From assembly GCF_009834535.1 (NCBI RefSeq), contig NC_045697.1:100690001-100754000 (forward strand): a DNA stretch of 64,000 nt, given 5' to 3'. The notes under the pieces are model-generated. The model had not been told where the DNA came from, made no database searches, and saw nothing but the letters and a program-made list of their open reading frames with translations. The translations under genes and the position numbers were made by a program. This document shows positions 49,391-62,094 of the stretch, in pieces. Position 1 is the stretch's first letter. Every line of letters begins with the position of its first letter. The stretch is from Camelus ferus (Eukaryota).

Positions 49391-51875
49391 ACGGCAACCC
49401 TTGCCCTGGGCCCTCCCCAGCTCCCATCTATTTGAAACAGGCCTTCACTTAAGGGATTTCTCCCCTGGTGGAAATACTTTATGGTGGGGGTAGGATTAAA
49501 GGTTGATCCTTAACTGGCTTATTTCTCCCTAAAACCGAGTCAGAAGAAGGCTACTTGTTCAGGGGTCAGGGGAAGAAGTAATTGAATTACTATTGGATTA
49601 CCTTCTTGATCTTTCATAAGAAAAATGACATCATTGAACCTAATAACAATTTTCTGGCCAGAGGGCATCGATCAGTACAAAAAGAACCACGTTTCAATTT
49701 AAATTAAGGAATGCAATTAAATCTCTGAAATACTCTTGCTGACACAAGAACTCCCATCTCAGGCTAAGCCTAAACTCTTTAGTATGTCTTCTTGACTTCT
49801 ACTTCCAAGAGGGGAAATAAAAAAAAAGTAATAATCTGCCAATACAAAGTAAGAAACTAGGTTCAAGAATCCTGGATTGGGTCTAAATTTGGACAAAGTG
49901 TGAGATGAAGTCTAATCTTCTTATCCCCAGTAGGAGGCACGGCTGGTAAGAGAATGTCTAGAGAGCTGACACGTAGCACACATTTAGAAGATTTCGTTTC
50001 TATAGCTATAGTCTGATCCAGGCTGGGTTCATGTCTGGTCAAAGTCTGCACATAGTGCTTTAGTTTGCACTGTCACCCAGCTGTCTCTCTTGGTTTTTCA
50101 GTAGTCTTTGTTTAGCTGTTCTAAGGCAAGGGCTGTCTAAATGGCTTAGTTTTGTACACATGTTTCAACGCCACAGGTTCCTCTGAAGTAAACTGAATCC
50201 GTATTCCCCCTCACTTCAGGCTTTCCTTTTGTCAGTGACAGGAATAGTTATAAAAAGAATAAATACAAATCTTTAATCAAATTGGAAATACTGTTTCATT
50301 TTATCTTTGTAAAAATTAAGCCAGATATAATATTTTTCTTAGAGTTTCAGTGGAAGGATTTTACACATAAAGGACACCTAGTACAATCACCAGGTATGAA
50401 ATACTTTTGAAGGAGAGATATTATTGAGAACATGAAAGCAAGTCTAAGGGACCGCGTTAACAGGGGTGTCAGCCTTGGAAGAAAAATTGCAGCAGCTGTG
50501 AAGTGAGAAACACCCACATGATTAGTCACATGGATAGCGATCCTGTGCAGGAATTTCATGTTTAAAATCACAAAATAATGTAAACATAAAGTCCCTCTGA
50601 CATTGTTTAATGAATAAACCCTCTTTCAATATTTCAGATTTTGGACGAATAGATGAGCATGCAAAAGTTTGAAATTGGGTTAGAGCTCTGTAAAATGTTG
50701 TGTTTATTTATTTTTTTTTATTATTGCTTGAGATGAAAGACAAAGAAAACAAGGGACTTGGAATATAAATCAGAATCTTATTTAAAAGAGCAAGGTTAAA
50801 GTCTCTAGGAAGTACTTGAGCAACTACCTACGGATGCATGTTTTCATTTTTCTCCAAATTATCTTCTGCTTTTTCAAAGCTATAAGGTAGGAATGGAGAT
50901 TATAAGAACAGTTTGCAAAAACTCATTCTTAAATCCCTTCTCCTGGCTTCTGAGACTCCCCAGGGAGATGCTCTTGTGTTAGAGAGAGTATTTCTGAGAA
51001 TTTAATTGTGTTCCTTAGCATAAAATCAGACCTGTCTGAAACACTTCAGAACAATTAGCAAATTGTCATCCATTTTCTTCTTCTTAGGCACTGGACCCCC
51101 GGGAAAAATGGAGAACTGTCACAGTGGTAATTGCAGGCATTCTTTTTCCTTTACTTTTTCCTGCTGACTCCTAATCCAAGCCTCATGCAAATACAGTTTT
51201 AAGGTTTATAGAAAAAAGAGCAAAATTTAGCCTCAAAGAGCCAAACTTATTTTCCAGTTCCATGGTTTCCACCCTCTTGGTATTTCACACAGGAACTGAT
51301 TTCCATTTCATACGCCTGAGAAGGAGTATTATCATATCATCATGAAGAACTAAATTAGCTCCTATTATCCCTGAGCCGGGAGTGTGAGGCTGGCCAATTG
51401 GAATTTATCCTTGCTGATCTTAGAGCCTGAACTGCTGGGGAACAGTGAAGCCAGGCAGCCAACCAAGAGGTACCTAGTGTCCCTCCTGAGGACAGAAAAA
51501 AAATGACTATCATTTAGGTCCTGATAAAAAGAAGGGTAATTTCATGCCAAATGACATTAGCAGTGTGATCTGAATCTTTTATAATTAATTATTATTTGCA
51601 AGCACAAATGCCCTTGAGAAAGGTCAGTATCCCTCACTTTTAACTTCTCGTCATTAGCGATCGCTCTTGATGCAAAGGCCTTGTGAGATGGCAGTAGATT
51701 GCTGGAGGCTCAAGCCTCTGGCTGGGGAAATAGGTCAATCATCATCACCTCCTGTTGGTCCTTTGAGGAGCTTTCTTGTCTTCTCCGCTCTTGCCCTATG
51801 CATTCCAATTTCTCTGTCTGGGCCAGTGAGGGAGTCACAGGGGCTGGAAGTAGTGTTACTGTCAGGCCGGCAAGG

Positions 51876-52968
51876 TGTGCAGAAACAATTAACAGAGTAG
51901 GTCCGAAACCGCTACCATCCTTAGACAGGATAGCAAGTTAGGCCTGCTTGCAAGGTTGGCCCTTGGCTGACATCTGGGACTTTGGGAGGATTTTCCATCA
52001 TTCCCAGAATGACAAGAGTGAGACCCAAAGTGCCTAAAGTGTTTGTACAATAATATGGATTATACTGGACATCTGGTTTCCTTCTGGGAGTCTGGAATTT
52101 TGGCATGTGCTTGATAGAGGGTGCCTATTGTAATAGGGAAGCACAAATTTGACTCCATGTTGGATCTGTTCCTTTAGCTCTAACCCTGTATTCTGTTTCC
52201 TGTGCTTAGTCATCCTGATTCTGCATCTTTTGTAAAACAATGTTACCTATAGCCTGAAACATGCAGGATAGCCCATTCTCAAGGCTCTGCCCTTTAAAGC
52301 TATAACATTTTTCCATTTATATAGAGATAAAAAGTTGTGGAACAGAGAATAACGTTTGTCTTGTTGGAGATTTATAGGAACATCGTGACCTGACCTACAT
52401 GGACAGCTGCAAGAACGAAACATTCTGACACCAAGAAGTTTGCAACAAATAACCACACCCCCTCCCCTTTTTAGTATAAAAGGAATCTGAACTTTGACTT
52501 GGGTAAGATGGTTCTCCAGGACATTAGTCCTCCATCTTCTCAGTCCAATGGCTTTCTCAATAAAGCTGTTATTCCTTGCCCAACACCCTGTCTCCTGATT
52601 TATTGGCCTGTTGTTTGGTAAGCAAGATAAGATTGGACTTGGTAACACTTTGATCAGCCCCCAGTGAAAGCCTTGGGCACTGAATCTCTAATGAGCTTCA
52701 CTGGTAGACAACATTTCACACGTGTTGTTTCAGGAATTAAGTTAATCCTACGTGAGTCTTCTGGGAAAGGATTCTTGGAAGCCTGTGTCTGGTTCCCTCC
52801 AGACCTTGTCCCCTCCAGACCTTGTCCCATGTGCTTTATCTTTTGCTGATTTTGCTTTGCAGATTTTCACTGTAATAAATCACAGCCATGAATATAACTA
52901 TATGCTGGAACCTGTGAGTTCTAATGAATCATCAAGCCTGGGGGCGGTCCTGAGGACCCCTCAGCACA
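51876..52968 (+). mobile_element. MER68-like ERVL solo LTR, split by a nested LTR
   Basis: TG...CA with perfect 5-bp TSD CAAGG (51871-51875, 52969-52973); GGCCTGCTTGCAAGGTTGGCCCTTGGCTG..CCTTCTGGGAGTCTGGAATTTTGG; AATAAA near 52874. Confidence 0.9.
52129..52647 (+). mobile_element. MER41-like ERV1 solo LTR (copy B) nested in the MER68-like LTR
   Basis: TGTAA...GGTAACA, near TSD CTAT/CTTT, TATAAAA near 52475, AATAAA near 52559; host LTR rejoins as GGGTGCCTAT|TGATCAGCCCCCA. Confidence 0.9.
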
Positions 52969-53877
52969 CAAGGCATAATAAAAAAGATGCTCACCCCACT
53001 TTTCACCTAGACTTTGCAGTCTTAAGATATATTTTTATCATTTGCTATAACTTCAGATAATCTCTAAAATAACTCAAGAAATTCCAGTGTAATCTTGGAA
53101 ATAATGCACCATTGTTGATTTGATATTTAAATTAGTTATTTCATTATAGTGTACTGTTCTCTACTCAAATTGGATATTGTGGCAGCTTTTATTTTTAAAG
53201 AAGTTATCTTATAAAATAATTATTTCTTCTGTAACACCATTAGTTTCTGGAGAGCTCCACTAAAAAGACTTGGGGTTTTGACTTAATTATTTCCCTGGAG
53301 AAGAACTTTGAGTTGAATTTTCTGAAAAATAGAGAAAAAAATATTATATCTGAGAAAATATTACAGACCAGAAGCTATAACACTCCCAGGATATTTTTTG
53401 TGTTGTCTGATCTAAAAGATTATAGTGTTAGGGGCTTGTATTAAACATTACATTAGATCATGTCAAATCCTTTAGAAATTCATCAGATGGACACAGATAT
53501 TACTTAAAATTTTAGTAGAATTTAATTTCATAGGACAGGTGAGGGAATATTAGATTAAGCTGATTATACAGCAAGTGAGGGGCAAAAGTGGGAAAATGAG
53601 ATTCTTCTAAGAATTGCCCACTACTCAATTCTTCTCCACTCGTGGGCATCTTGTTTTCATGGGCACAAGCACATCAGTGGATGAAGGCAGAGGCAGAGGT
53701 TCTTGCGTGTATAAATGCAAATCCAGGGCGTCTAGCTAACTCACAGTGCCAGAGTCAGTGTCCTGTTTCAACAAGACTAACTCCTCCAGAGTCAGAGTGG
53801 ATCATTTCTGCTACATATAAACAATATGATGCATCAACCATCTTCTAAACAGACCTCTGTCTAGCTCATTAACTAGA

Positions 53878-54115
53878 ATCAATGTGGTTAGAAACTTGGG
53901 ATTTGGAGCCAGATACCAAATCTGCTTACTAACCATATGATGTGACTTAGACCACAGTGTTTATCTTTTATGCCTTGTTTTATAATCTATAAAGTGAGAG
54001 TGACATCACCTACTGCACAGGGCTATAGGAATATCCAGATGAGGAGCCAGTATGTAGGTATAGTACCTGCACACTGTGCCTGAAACATGGTGGTTAGGCA
54101 CAAAATAAGTGGTAC
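53878..54115 (+). mobile_element. MIR SINE
   Basis: GTGGTTAGAAACTTGGGATTTGGAGCCAGA..TGTGACTTAG..TCTATAAAGTGAG..GTGCCTGAAACATGGT. Confidence 0.7.
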
Positions 54116-55299
54116 AAATTCTGGCCCATCCCTTATTGTTTGGGAGAACCATAGCCTTTGACAGAGAGATGGCCAAAGAAGAATAAATAAAAAAGTAAAA
54201 TACATTTCAACGCAACTCACTTTAGAACAATTAATTAGGGTTTCCCATATGAGTAGTTTGATTGAAAAATCATGGTTTGAAATTCAAAACATTTCCTCTC
54301 ATCATTTGTGATTTGAAGCCTGTTTCTTTCCACTGCACATTTTATTTTTAACACCATGACATGTTTCTCCTGATTAATAATCACATCGGCCTCCACTAAA
54401 CCTTATTTCAGTAAGAAAAGGAAAGCCTGCTTCTTTATTATTCCTCCACCCCATGATTATGACAGGACCCCTTAAATTCTATATTTCAGGTCAGGCCAAA
54501 TGGGTGAAAACCCATCAGTCATTTTCTGGGAATGTAGTAACACATAACTAGGTAGATGTAAACTTCATTTCATTTACATGGAAGGCGGTAATGGTGGACA
54601 GCACTGCTTGCTCATCTCTCTGTCTCTAACATACTGACAATACGATTATGTGCTTGATGTCATTGGTACTCAGGAAAAATATGGTTCAGAGTATGGATTT
54701 TAACATTTCTTCTGAAAATTCTTGTATCACAGAAAGATATTTGAGGATAGAAAGTTTTCCAAAAAAGGCAAGCCTTACAATTATAAATAATTTTGCTGTT
54801 TATAGTGGGCTGTATGTATTTTTTGAATTCATTCTTATTTTGTGGTTGGCTTTGTTCCTTTGACAACTATGTAAGTTTAAAAAGCTAAAGCTCTAAACAT
54901 TCTTAGAAACAATAAACAGTACATATATGTAAATTAAAAAATATGTCCAGTATATTTTGTATATGTATTTACATGCAATATATTGTATATGTGCAGTCAA
55001 ATTGTAACAATCCTACCTAATAAAACTGAAAACTGAAAAAAAAAAAAAAAAAAAAAAGACAAGCCCAAGATAATTGACCTAGAGCAAGTAAGGGCTAAAT
55101 AGTAAATGAGAAGGTGTTGAGGGCAAGCTAGAGAGTTAATTGAAGATCAAAGTAAACATTTCATAGCACTCCCAGGGCAATACGAAAGAAAAGAACCAGA
55201 GGGACCTGAAATCAAAGAGAAAAGACCAATTTGCTCTTAAGAGGGATGCAAGGAGGCTAATCAGACACTGGGTACCCAGACTTACCCCTGACATAGTCC

Positions 55300-55695
55300 T
55301 GCTGTACCCTTGCCATGCCTAATGATGTGTGGTGCCCTTGAAGCACCATATCGGCATTGCCAAGGGATTGTTCACATGGCTTCCTCAACCCTTCTCTTCT
55401 TAACAAGCATACATTCAGCACTGAAGACTCAACTCGTGAGGCTCTCTCTATGAAGGCTTTCTGACCCCAATCTGGGTAAAACTGATCAGTAATTCCTTTG
55501 GCTCTCCTCTGTACTCCATAATTACCTAGATCAGAGTTGCCACAACACACAACTGCATTTGTTTCTTCATGTGGCTCTTTTCTTCCTGTTGACTGGAATC
55601 TTCTCATGGGCCAAGAACCTAATTCATCTTTGTCTGTGCTTGACACAAAAATATATTTTTGAGTAGTAGCCAATTGCATGAATAAATGCAATGAG
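55300..55695 (+). mobile_element. L2 3' fragment
   Basis: TCTCTATGAAGGCTTTCTGACC..GACTGGAATCTTCTCATGGGC..TTCATCTTTGT..ATGAATAAATG. Confidence 0.55.
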
Positions 55696-56699
55696 AAAGG
55701 AAGGAAACAAGGTATGAAAGAAGGAATGCGAAAGGTCTCATAAGTTTAATAAAATAGTAGACAAGTAATTTTTGTTCACCTAGGTTTACTTCAGTTATGG
55801 GGACAAAGAAGTTTCTCCTTTCAGGCCAATGTTCAAAGATGACTGATTACAAAAAGATTCGTAAAACACAACATTAATTTTTTTCATCACTGAAGTGTTT
55901 ATAGAGAAACTGCCACCCAGGGGCCTGAGCATCCTGTGAAGGCAAGCGACTAAAGAAAATTAAAGCCCAAATCCTGGCATTCATATTTTTTTAACAGCAA
56001 AAACTTTCAAACTGAAGATAGTTCTCAGGCATTTCAGTTGAAAAGTCTAAAATCCTGGTGGACACATACACTAAACTTTGGCAGGATGTTAGAAGACATT
56101 TAGCTTTCCTCAAGGCCACAGTGAGTCCCTGGAGTGTTACCTTAGTGTGGTCTACCTCTTTCCCTTGCTTATTTTTTCACTCTGAAGTTGCATTTCAGAC
56201 ATCAGTGCTTTTCCAAGATACTAAATTGTGGGCTTGGCAATCATGGTTCCCAAGGCCATCCGAGCTCTGCATTCTAGCATCAGTCACGTGAGAAGTTTAT
56301 TGGCACTAAGACCCTTTCTCATAATGAGACACTCAAGAGAAAAATGCTTCTTAATGAATTTGAGCCAGAGCTGGTAGTTAGTTTTGAAGCAAACAATTTT
56401 AGAGCCTCATTATATATAATTATCAATTTTGAAGCTATGGTATCAAGCCTTACCATTGGGTATATACCAACACACAGGCTTGCTAGCTGCTGAGACTTAG
56501 AGGTTTTGATATCCAGACATCACCAGCTTTTATTAGATAGTCCTCAAGATCAGACTTGTTATTTAGCAATTTGTGAAGCTGTCAAACTCTGGTTTTCTGA
56601 AGTAAAATTAAAATAAATATTTTATGTGTACAGACTGTCTCCTTCTTCATTCACCACTCCATTCTATATCACTAAACAAGAAAAGAGGGATGAAAAGTA

Positions 56700-57613
56700 T
56701 ATTTATTCAACTTAAATATATCCTCATTAAATAATTAGTGTCAGGAAGTGTGGCAAACTTAAAATGATAGAAAGATGAATATTTCCCAGTTTCTGCTCTC
56801 CAGAGCATGCAAATAGTGTCTGAGGAAGGGAAAGATAACAGTGAAACACACAGCTAAAGCAAGAGGGAAAATGATAACTTTAGAGTTGTAACTATTTTTA
56901 TAGGGGATCAAAGAAACAGAAATTCTCATCAACATAGAGAAGAAGGAGAGAAGATGGATAGTCCATGGAAAACATGAGATGAATGTTGAGAGGAAAGAAA
57001 GATTTAAAACGTCAAAGGAGACTTTGAAAAATAACAGAATGAGCACGGAGGCTGGAAAGTATGAGGCAGAATTCATAGCAGCTCACTCAGGATGAACCAT
57101 GGGAGTGTAAGGACTGAAGGAAGGGAAGACTGGAAAGGTGGGCTTCATCACACTGGAGAGGATGCCAAGTTCAAAGCAGAGGAAGGTGCATTTACGTCAG
57201 TATCCAAAAGGGATTTTTTGATAGTTTTTGAAATAGCTAATAACATGTAATAGCATGATCAGAGTTGCATTTAGAAAGATTAATCTAAAATTGGGATCAC
57301 TGGACAGTAGAAGGCAATTGTAAAAGGCAAGAAAAGACCTAATGAAAGTCTGAACTTGACATTTGAAAGTAAAATTGGGAAGGAGGTAATTCCTCTACAC
57401 AGCAGTTGAGGAATCTAACATCTGCCAAATTATTGGATGTCAATATTGAGGATAAGAAAGGAATCAAAGATCATTTCAAGATCTAATTTCATACACAATG
57501 ATGGTAACATTAACAGAAGACAAGGGAAAGTTGAGTGAAGAATAGGATACATGTGACTTTAGATTGGGTTTTGAATGTGTTGATTTTGATGTAAAGTAAG
57601 GTCTTTCTAAAAG
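56700..57613 (-). mobile_element. L2 fragment (probably resumes at about 60200-60400)
   Basis: GCATGATCAGAGTTGCATTTAGAAAGATTAATCT..GAAAGGAATCAAAGATCATTTCAAGAT..TTGGGTTTTGAATGTGTTGATTTTGATG. Confidence 0.65.
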
Positions 57614-57642
57614 AGAGTGACTCATTTAAGTGAGTCTCTCTA

Positions 57643-59624
57643 AATCAGACAAAAAATAAGTAAATAAAAAGAATCCAATTTGGAAAGGAAGAAGTAAAAT
57701 TGTCACTGATTGCAGATGACTTGATACACTATATAGAAAACCCTATAGATTCCACCAAAATAGTATTAGAACTCATCAATGAATTCAGGAAAGTTACAGG
57801 ATATAAAGTTAATATACAGAAATCTATTATGTTTCTATACAAAAATAATGATGTTATTAGAAAGATAAATTAGGAAAACAATCCCTTTTGTAAGTATATC
57901 AAAAGAGAAAAATACCTGGGAATAAATCTAACCAAGGAAGGAAAAGACTTGTACTCTAAAAACTATAAGACACTGATGGAAGAAACTGAAGATGACACAA
58001 ACATATGGTGCTCATGAATTGAAGAATCAATGCTGTTAAAATGAACATACAACCCAATGCAATGTACAGATGTAATGCAATCCCTATCAAAATACTAATG
58101 ACACTTTTCATAGAACTAGAACAAATAATTCTAAAATTTGTATGGAAACACAAAAGGCTTGAAATAGCCAAAGCAATCTTGAGAAGGAAAATGGATGCTG
58201 CAAGTTTGATGCCCCCTGATTTCAAATTATACTACAAGATACAGTAATTAAATTAGTATGCTACTGGCACAAACACAGGCACCAGATCAATGGAACCAAT
58301 AGAGAGCCCCCAAATAAACCCATGCTTACACCATCAATTAATTGATGACAAAGGAGTCAAGAATATACAATGGGGAAAAAGACCATTTCTTCAATAAAGG
58401 TGTTGGGAACACTGGGCAGCTACAGGCAAAAGAATCAGACTGGACTACTTTCTCACACCATATACAAAAATAAAATTAAAATGGAATAAAGACTTAAATA
58501 AAAGTCTCAGGAACCATAAAACTCCTAAAAGAAAACAGAAGCAATACTCTCTTTGACATCAGTGTTAGCAGTATTTTTTTGAATATGTCTCCTCAGACAA
58601 GGGAAACAAAGCAGAAACAAACAAATGGGACTACATCACACTAAAAAGTTTTTAAACAGTGAAGGAAACTGTCAACAAAATGAAAAAACAACCCACTGAA
58701 TAGGAGAAGATATTTGCAAGTGATACATCTCATAAACGGTTAATATCTAAATTATGTAAAGATCTCATACAACTCAACATCAAAAAAAAAAAAAAAAAAA
58801 AAAAGCACTCTAACTATAAAATGGGCAATGGACCTGAAAAGACATTTTTCCAAAGACATACAGATGGCCAGCAGACACATGAAAAGATGTTCAACATCAT
58901 TAATCATCAGGGAAATGCAAATCAGAACTACAATGGGAGGTTACCTCATGCCTGTCAGAATGGCTATTATGTTTTATTATTAAGATAACAAATAACAAGT
59001 GTTGATGAAGATTTGGAGAAAGGGGAAACCTCGTGCACTACTGGTGGGAATGTAAATTAGTGCAACTACTATAGAAAACAATATGGAGTTTCCTCAAAAA
59101 GTTTAAAATAGAACTACTATATGATCCAGGAATTTCACTTCTGAGTATTTACATGTGTATATAGTGGAATATTACTCAGCCATTAAAAAGAATAAATTCT
59201 TGCCATTTGTGACAACATGGGTGAATCTAGAGGGTATTATTCTAAGTGAAAGAAGTCAAAGACAAATACCATATGATCTCACTTATATATGGAATCTAAA
59301 AAACAACACAAACAAAACAAAACAACAGACTTGTAGATACAGAGGAAAAATGGTAGTTGCCAGAGAGAAGAGGGTGCAGGGAGTGGATGAAATAGGTGAA
59401 GGGGATTAACAGGTAGAAACCTGCAGTTACAAAATAAATAAATCATGGGAATGTTATATGCAGCATGAGGAATTTGTTAAATAATATAGTAATAACTTTG
59501 TATGGGGACAGATTGTTACTGGATCTATTATGCTGATCATTTCATAGGGTATGTAAACGTCAAGTCAGGTGTAGTACACCTGAAACTAACACAATATTAT
59601 ATTTCAACTATATTTCAGTTAAAA
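57643..59624 (+). mobile_element. 5'-truncated L1 (ORF2 RT to 3' UTR), decayed
   Basis: [14 protein letters not shown] segment with IADD near 57710; ORF 58041-58247 ([31 protein letters not shown]); ORF2 C-terminus and L1MA-like 3' UTR; short internal deletion near 59153. Confidence 0.92.
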
Positions 59625-59629
59625 TATTT

Positions 59630-60195
59630 TAATTAAATTAAAAGTAAAGTACAGCTTAAAATTTCTGGGATGTTTAAAAGCAGTACTCACAGGAAATTTC
59701 ACAACATTAAATGACATATTAAAAAAAAACCTTTCAAAAATCAGTATACCAAGTTTCATCTTTAGAGATCTAGTGAAGAAAGAATAATTTAAATAAACAG
59801 AAGAAAATAAATAATAAAAATTAGAGGAAAAATAAATGAGATCGAAAATAAGAAATAATAGATAAAAACCAACCAACAAAAGGTAGTTCTTTGAAAAGAT
59901 CAATAAAATCAAACTTTAGCAAAGGTAAGCAAGAAAAATAGAGCAGACACGAATTACCAATGTCAGAACGAGAGAAGAGGGTCATTGGTGTTGAACCCAT
60001 GGACATTAAATTGTAATCAAAAAATACTATGACCAAATGCACACTTACAAATTTGATAACTAATAATAAGATGTCAATAATAGGGGAAAATGGGTGTAAG
60101 GTGTACAGGAACTCTTTGCATTAGTTACAACAAAAACCTCTACAGTTCTTCTGTAAATATAAAACTGTTGCAAATATAGTTTATTTTAAAAAGAA
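59630..60195 (+). mobile_element. Older L1: post-endonuclease ORF2 segment joined directly to an L1MC/MD-type 3' terminus
   Basis: CTGGGATG..AAAGCAGTACT..GGAAATTT (WDAAKAVLRGKF-like) and TTCTTTGAAAAGATCAATAAAAT (FFEKINKI), then AAGATGTCAATAATAGGGGAAA..CTGTAAATATAAAACTG. Confidence 0.75.
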
Positions 60196-60414
60196 AATTA
60201 ACTTTGGGATAGTATCTATCTGCTTAGAGACAGTAGAGACTTCAGTCACAATCTCAGGTCCATAGAACATCCCCACTATTTAAGAAATGGATGTTTGAAA
60301 AACTAAAAGAGAGAAATGAGTAGCCAATGAATCAAATGAAAAATAATACTGCTGTGTTTTAAGTTCAAAGAAGAGGGATTCTGTCTACTCATGTGAGAAA
60401 AAAGTTATGTAATC

Positions 60415-60600
60415 CAGCATCTGAATTGTTTGACCTTATCAAGTTCTTAATTTCCCTATGCTTAAGTGTCCTCATCTGTAAAATGGGAATAAATAATAAC
60501 ACTGCTCCCATATGAGGTTGGGAGGACTAGTGGGTTAATATTTGAGGAGTACTTAGAACGTTGTCTGGCAGAGACAATTCATCAGCATCATCATCATCAT
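60415..60600 (+). mobile_element. MIR SINE
   Basis: TGACCTTATCAAGTTCTTAAT..CCTCATCTGTAAAATGGGAATAA..GTACTTAGAACGTTGTCTGGCA. Confidence 0.8.
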
Positions 60601-62094
60601 TCAATTAATTGTGAAATGCAAATGTGAATGTGAGCATTGCATGTGGAATCTTCCCTGGTGTTTTTATGTGAGATGCTTTCCCTAGCCCCTAGGGAACAGC
60701 TTTGATAGACAAGAATTGGGTATAAGTCCGTAAGGCATGAGCAAAAGTGGGGATGTTGTGAGCTCCTGGGTTCCTCTGTGCAGTCACTCTCATGTGTTTC
60801 TTCTGCTTTTGCTTTGGGATCTGTCATTTGTAAGAGGAAGAAGAAAACCAAGTGCAATACAAATAAGCTTCAGGTTGGGTGAAAGTATCAGGGGACGAAA
60901 GTATCCTTCTGACAGTAATACAATGCGACGTGAAGTTTTGCTTGAATTTTCTCTCTCTGCTCTTAGATGGGGCAAAGCTTAAAAGGACATCTTTCATCCA
61001 GGGCATGATAGCTTTTCTCCAAAGATGAGCTATTTGCGTGACATCTCTTTCCAGTTGTCACTTTCCTTTGTGTCAGCTTGGCACAAGCTGACAGAATCGC
61101 TTAAACCACCCAATACAAACATTCAAACAGTGAATTAGGTAGCTTTAAGGTGTCTTCCAGTTCTAAGATTTTACAATTTCCACAAATGAAGATAAGGTTG
61201 AGAAAAAGTCTATTTAAGTTTTATGTCCTTGTGTTATTAACTGGGGTCATTATTCAGACAATGATAATTAGTATCACAATTAGGAAAACAAATCTTTATA
61301 TCCATTAACGATGGGGTCTAGTATTCTGAGGGGTCACTTGGCATTTTCTTTTTGTTTTAATGCCTTTTCTAAATGTGAGCAATATCTGATGCTTGAAGGA
61401 GACAGATTATTGCAGGGAAGTTGGTCATTTTGAAGGTTTAAATCCAAAATACAAATATGTGTGCATATATATGTATGCATGTGTGTGTGTGTATATATAT
61501 ATTTCACAGATATATTAGATTTAAGAGGAACAACAGCAATAATACATCTATTAATAGTCATTAACTCTCTTAAGATGAGAATGATGATTAGTTGCTGTTC
61601 TTCAAAGAGTCCAGAGCAAGAGGAAATAATTATTAACAAACCATTGAAGATTTCAATTTAGTAACTGAAAAAAAAATTCTGGAAGAGTAATGACATTGAA
61701 GTGAGGGCCAATGTATAGATAATTTTCTGTAGAGATAATTTGAAATTAGAAAATTAGAATGGGTGTCTTGCTGATTGGATGTTTTCTGCATGGTCAGATG
61801 AGAATTTAGAGGATGAGCTGATTGTTCCATCCACAATTTAAGATTTATTCAAATACCTGTCAACATCCAAACTGAAACAGCTGTTATAAATCTTTTACAA
61901 ATTGAAGCATGTATAAATAAGATAAACATAGTTTAGGTTAACACAATATCACATGCAAATACATCATAATTTTTGAAGGTTTCTCATTATTTCCAACTGT
62001 CACCATATCGGTATGGAAAATACAGATATATTATTTCAAAGCTTGTGGTTTGGTCCTATGTGTTTTTTAAAAAATTATTAATTAATGAGCTAAT

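Noticed and set aside
52247..52648. 133-aa ORF resembling ORFs at 38731-39301
   Set aside because: The similarity reflects two copies of the same LTR family, not paralogous genes
57643..59624. Possible active reverse transcriptase gene
   Set aside because: 5'-truncated, multiply frameshifted and internally deleted L1 ORF2
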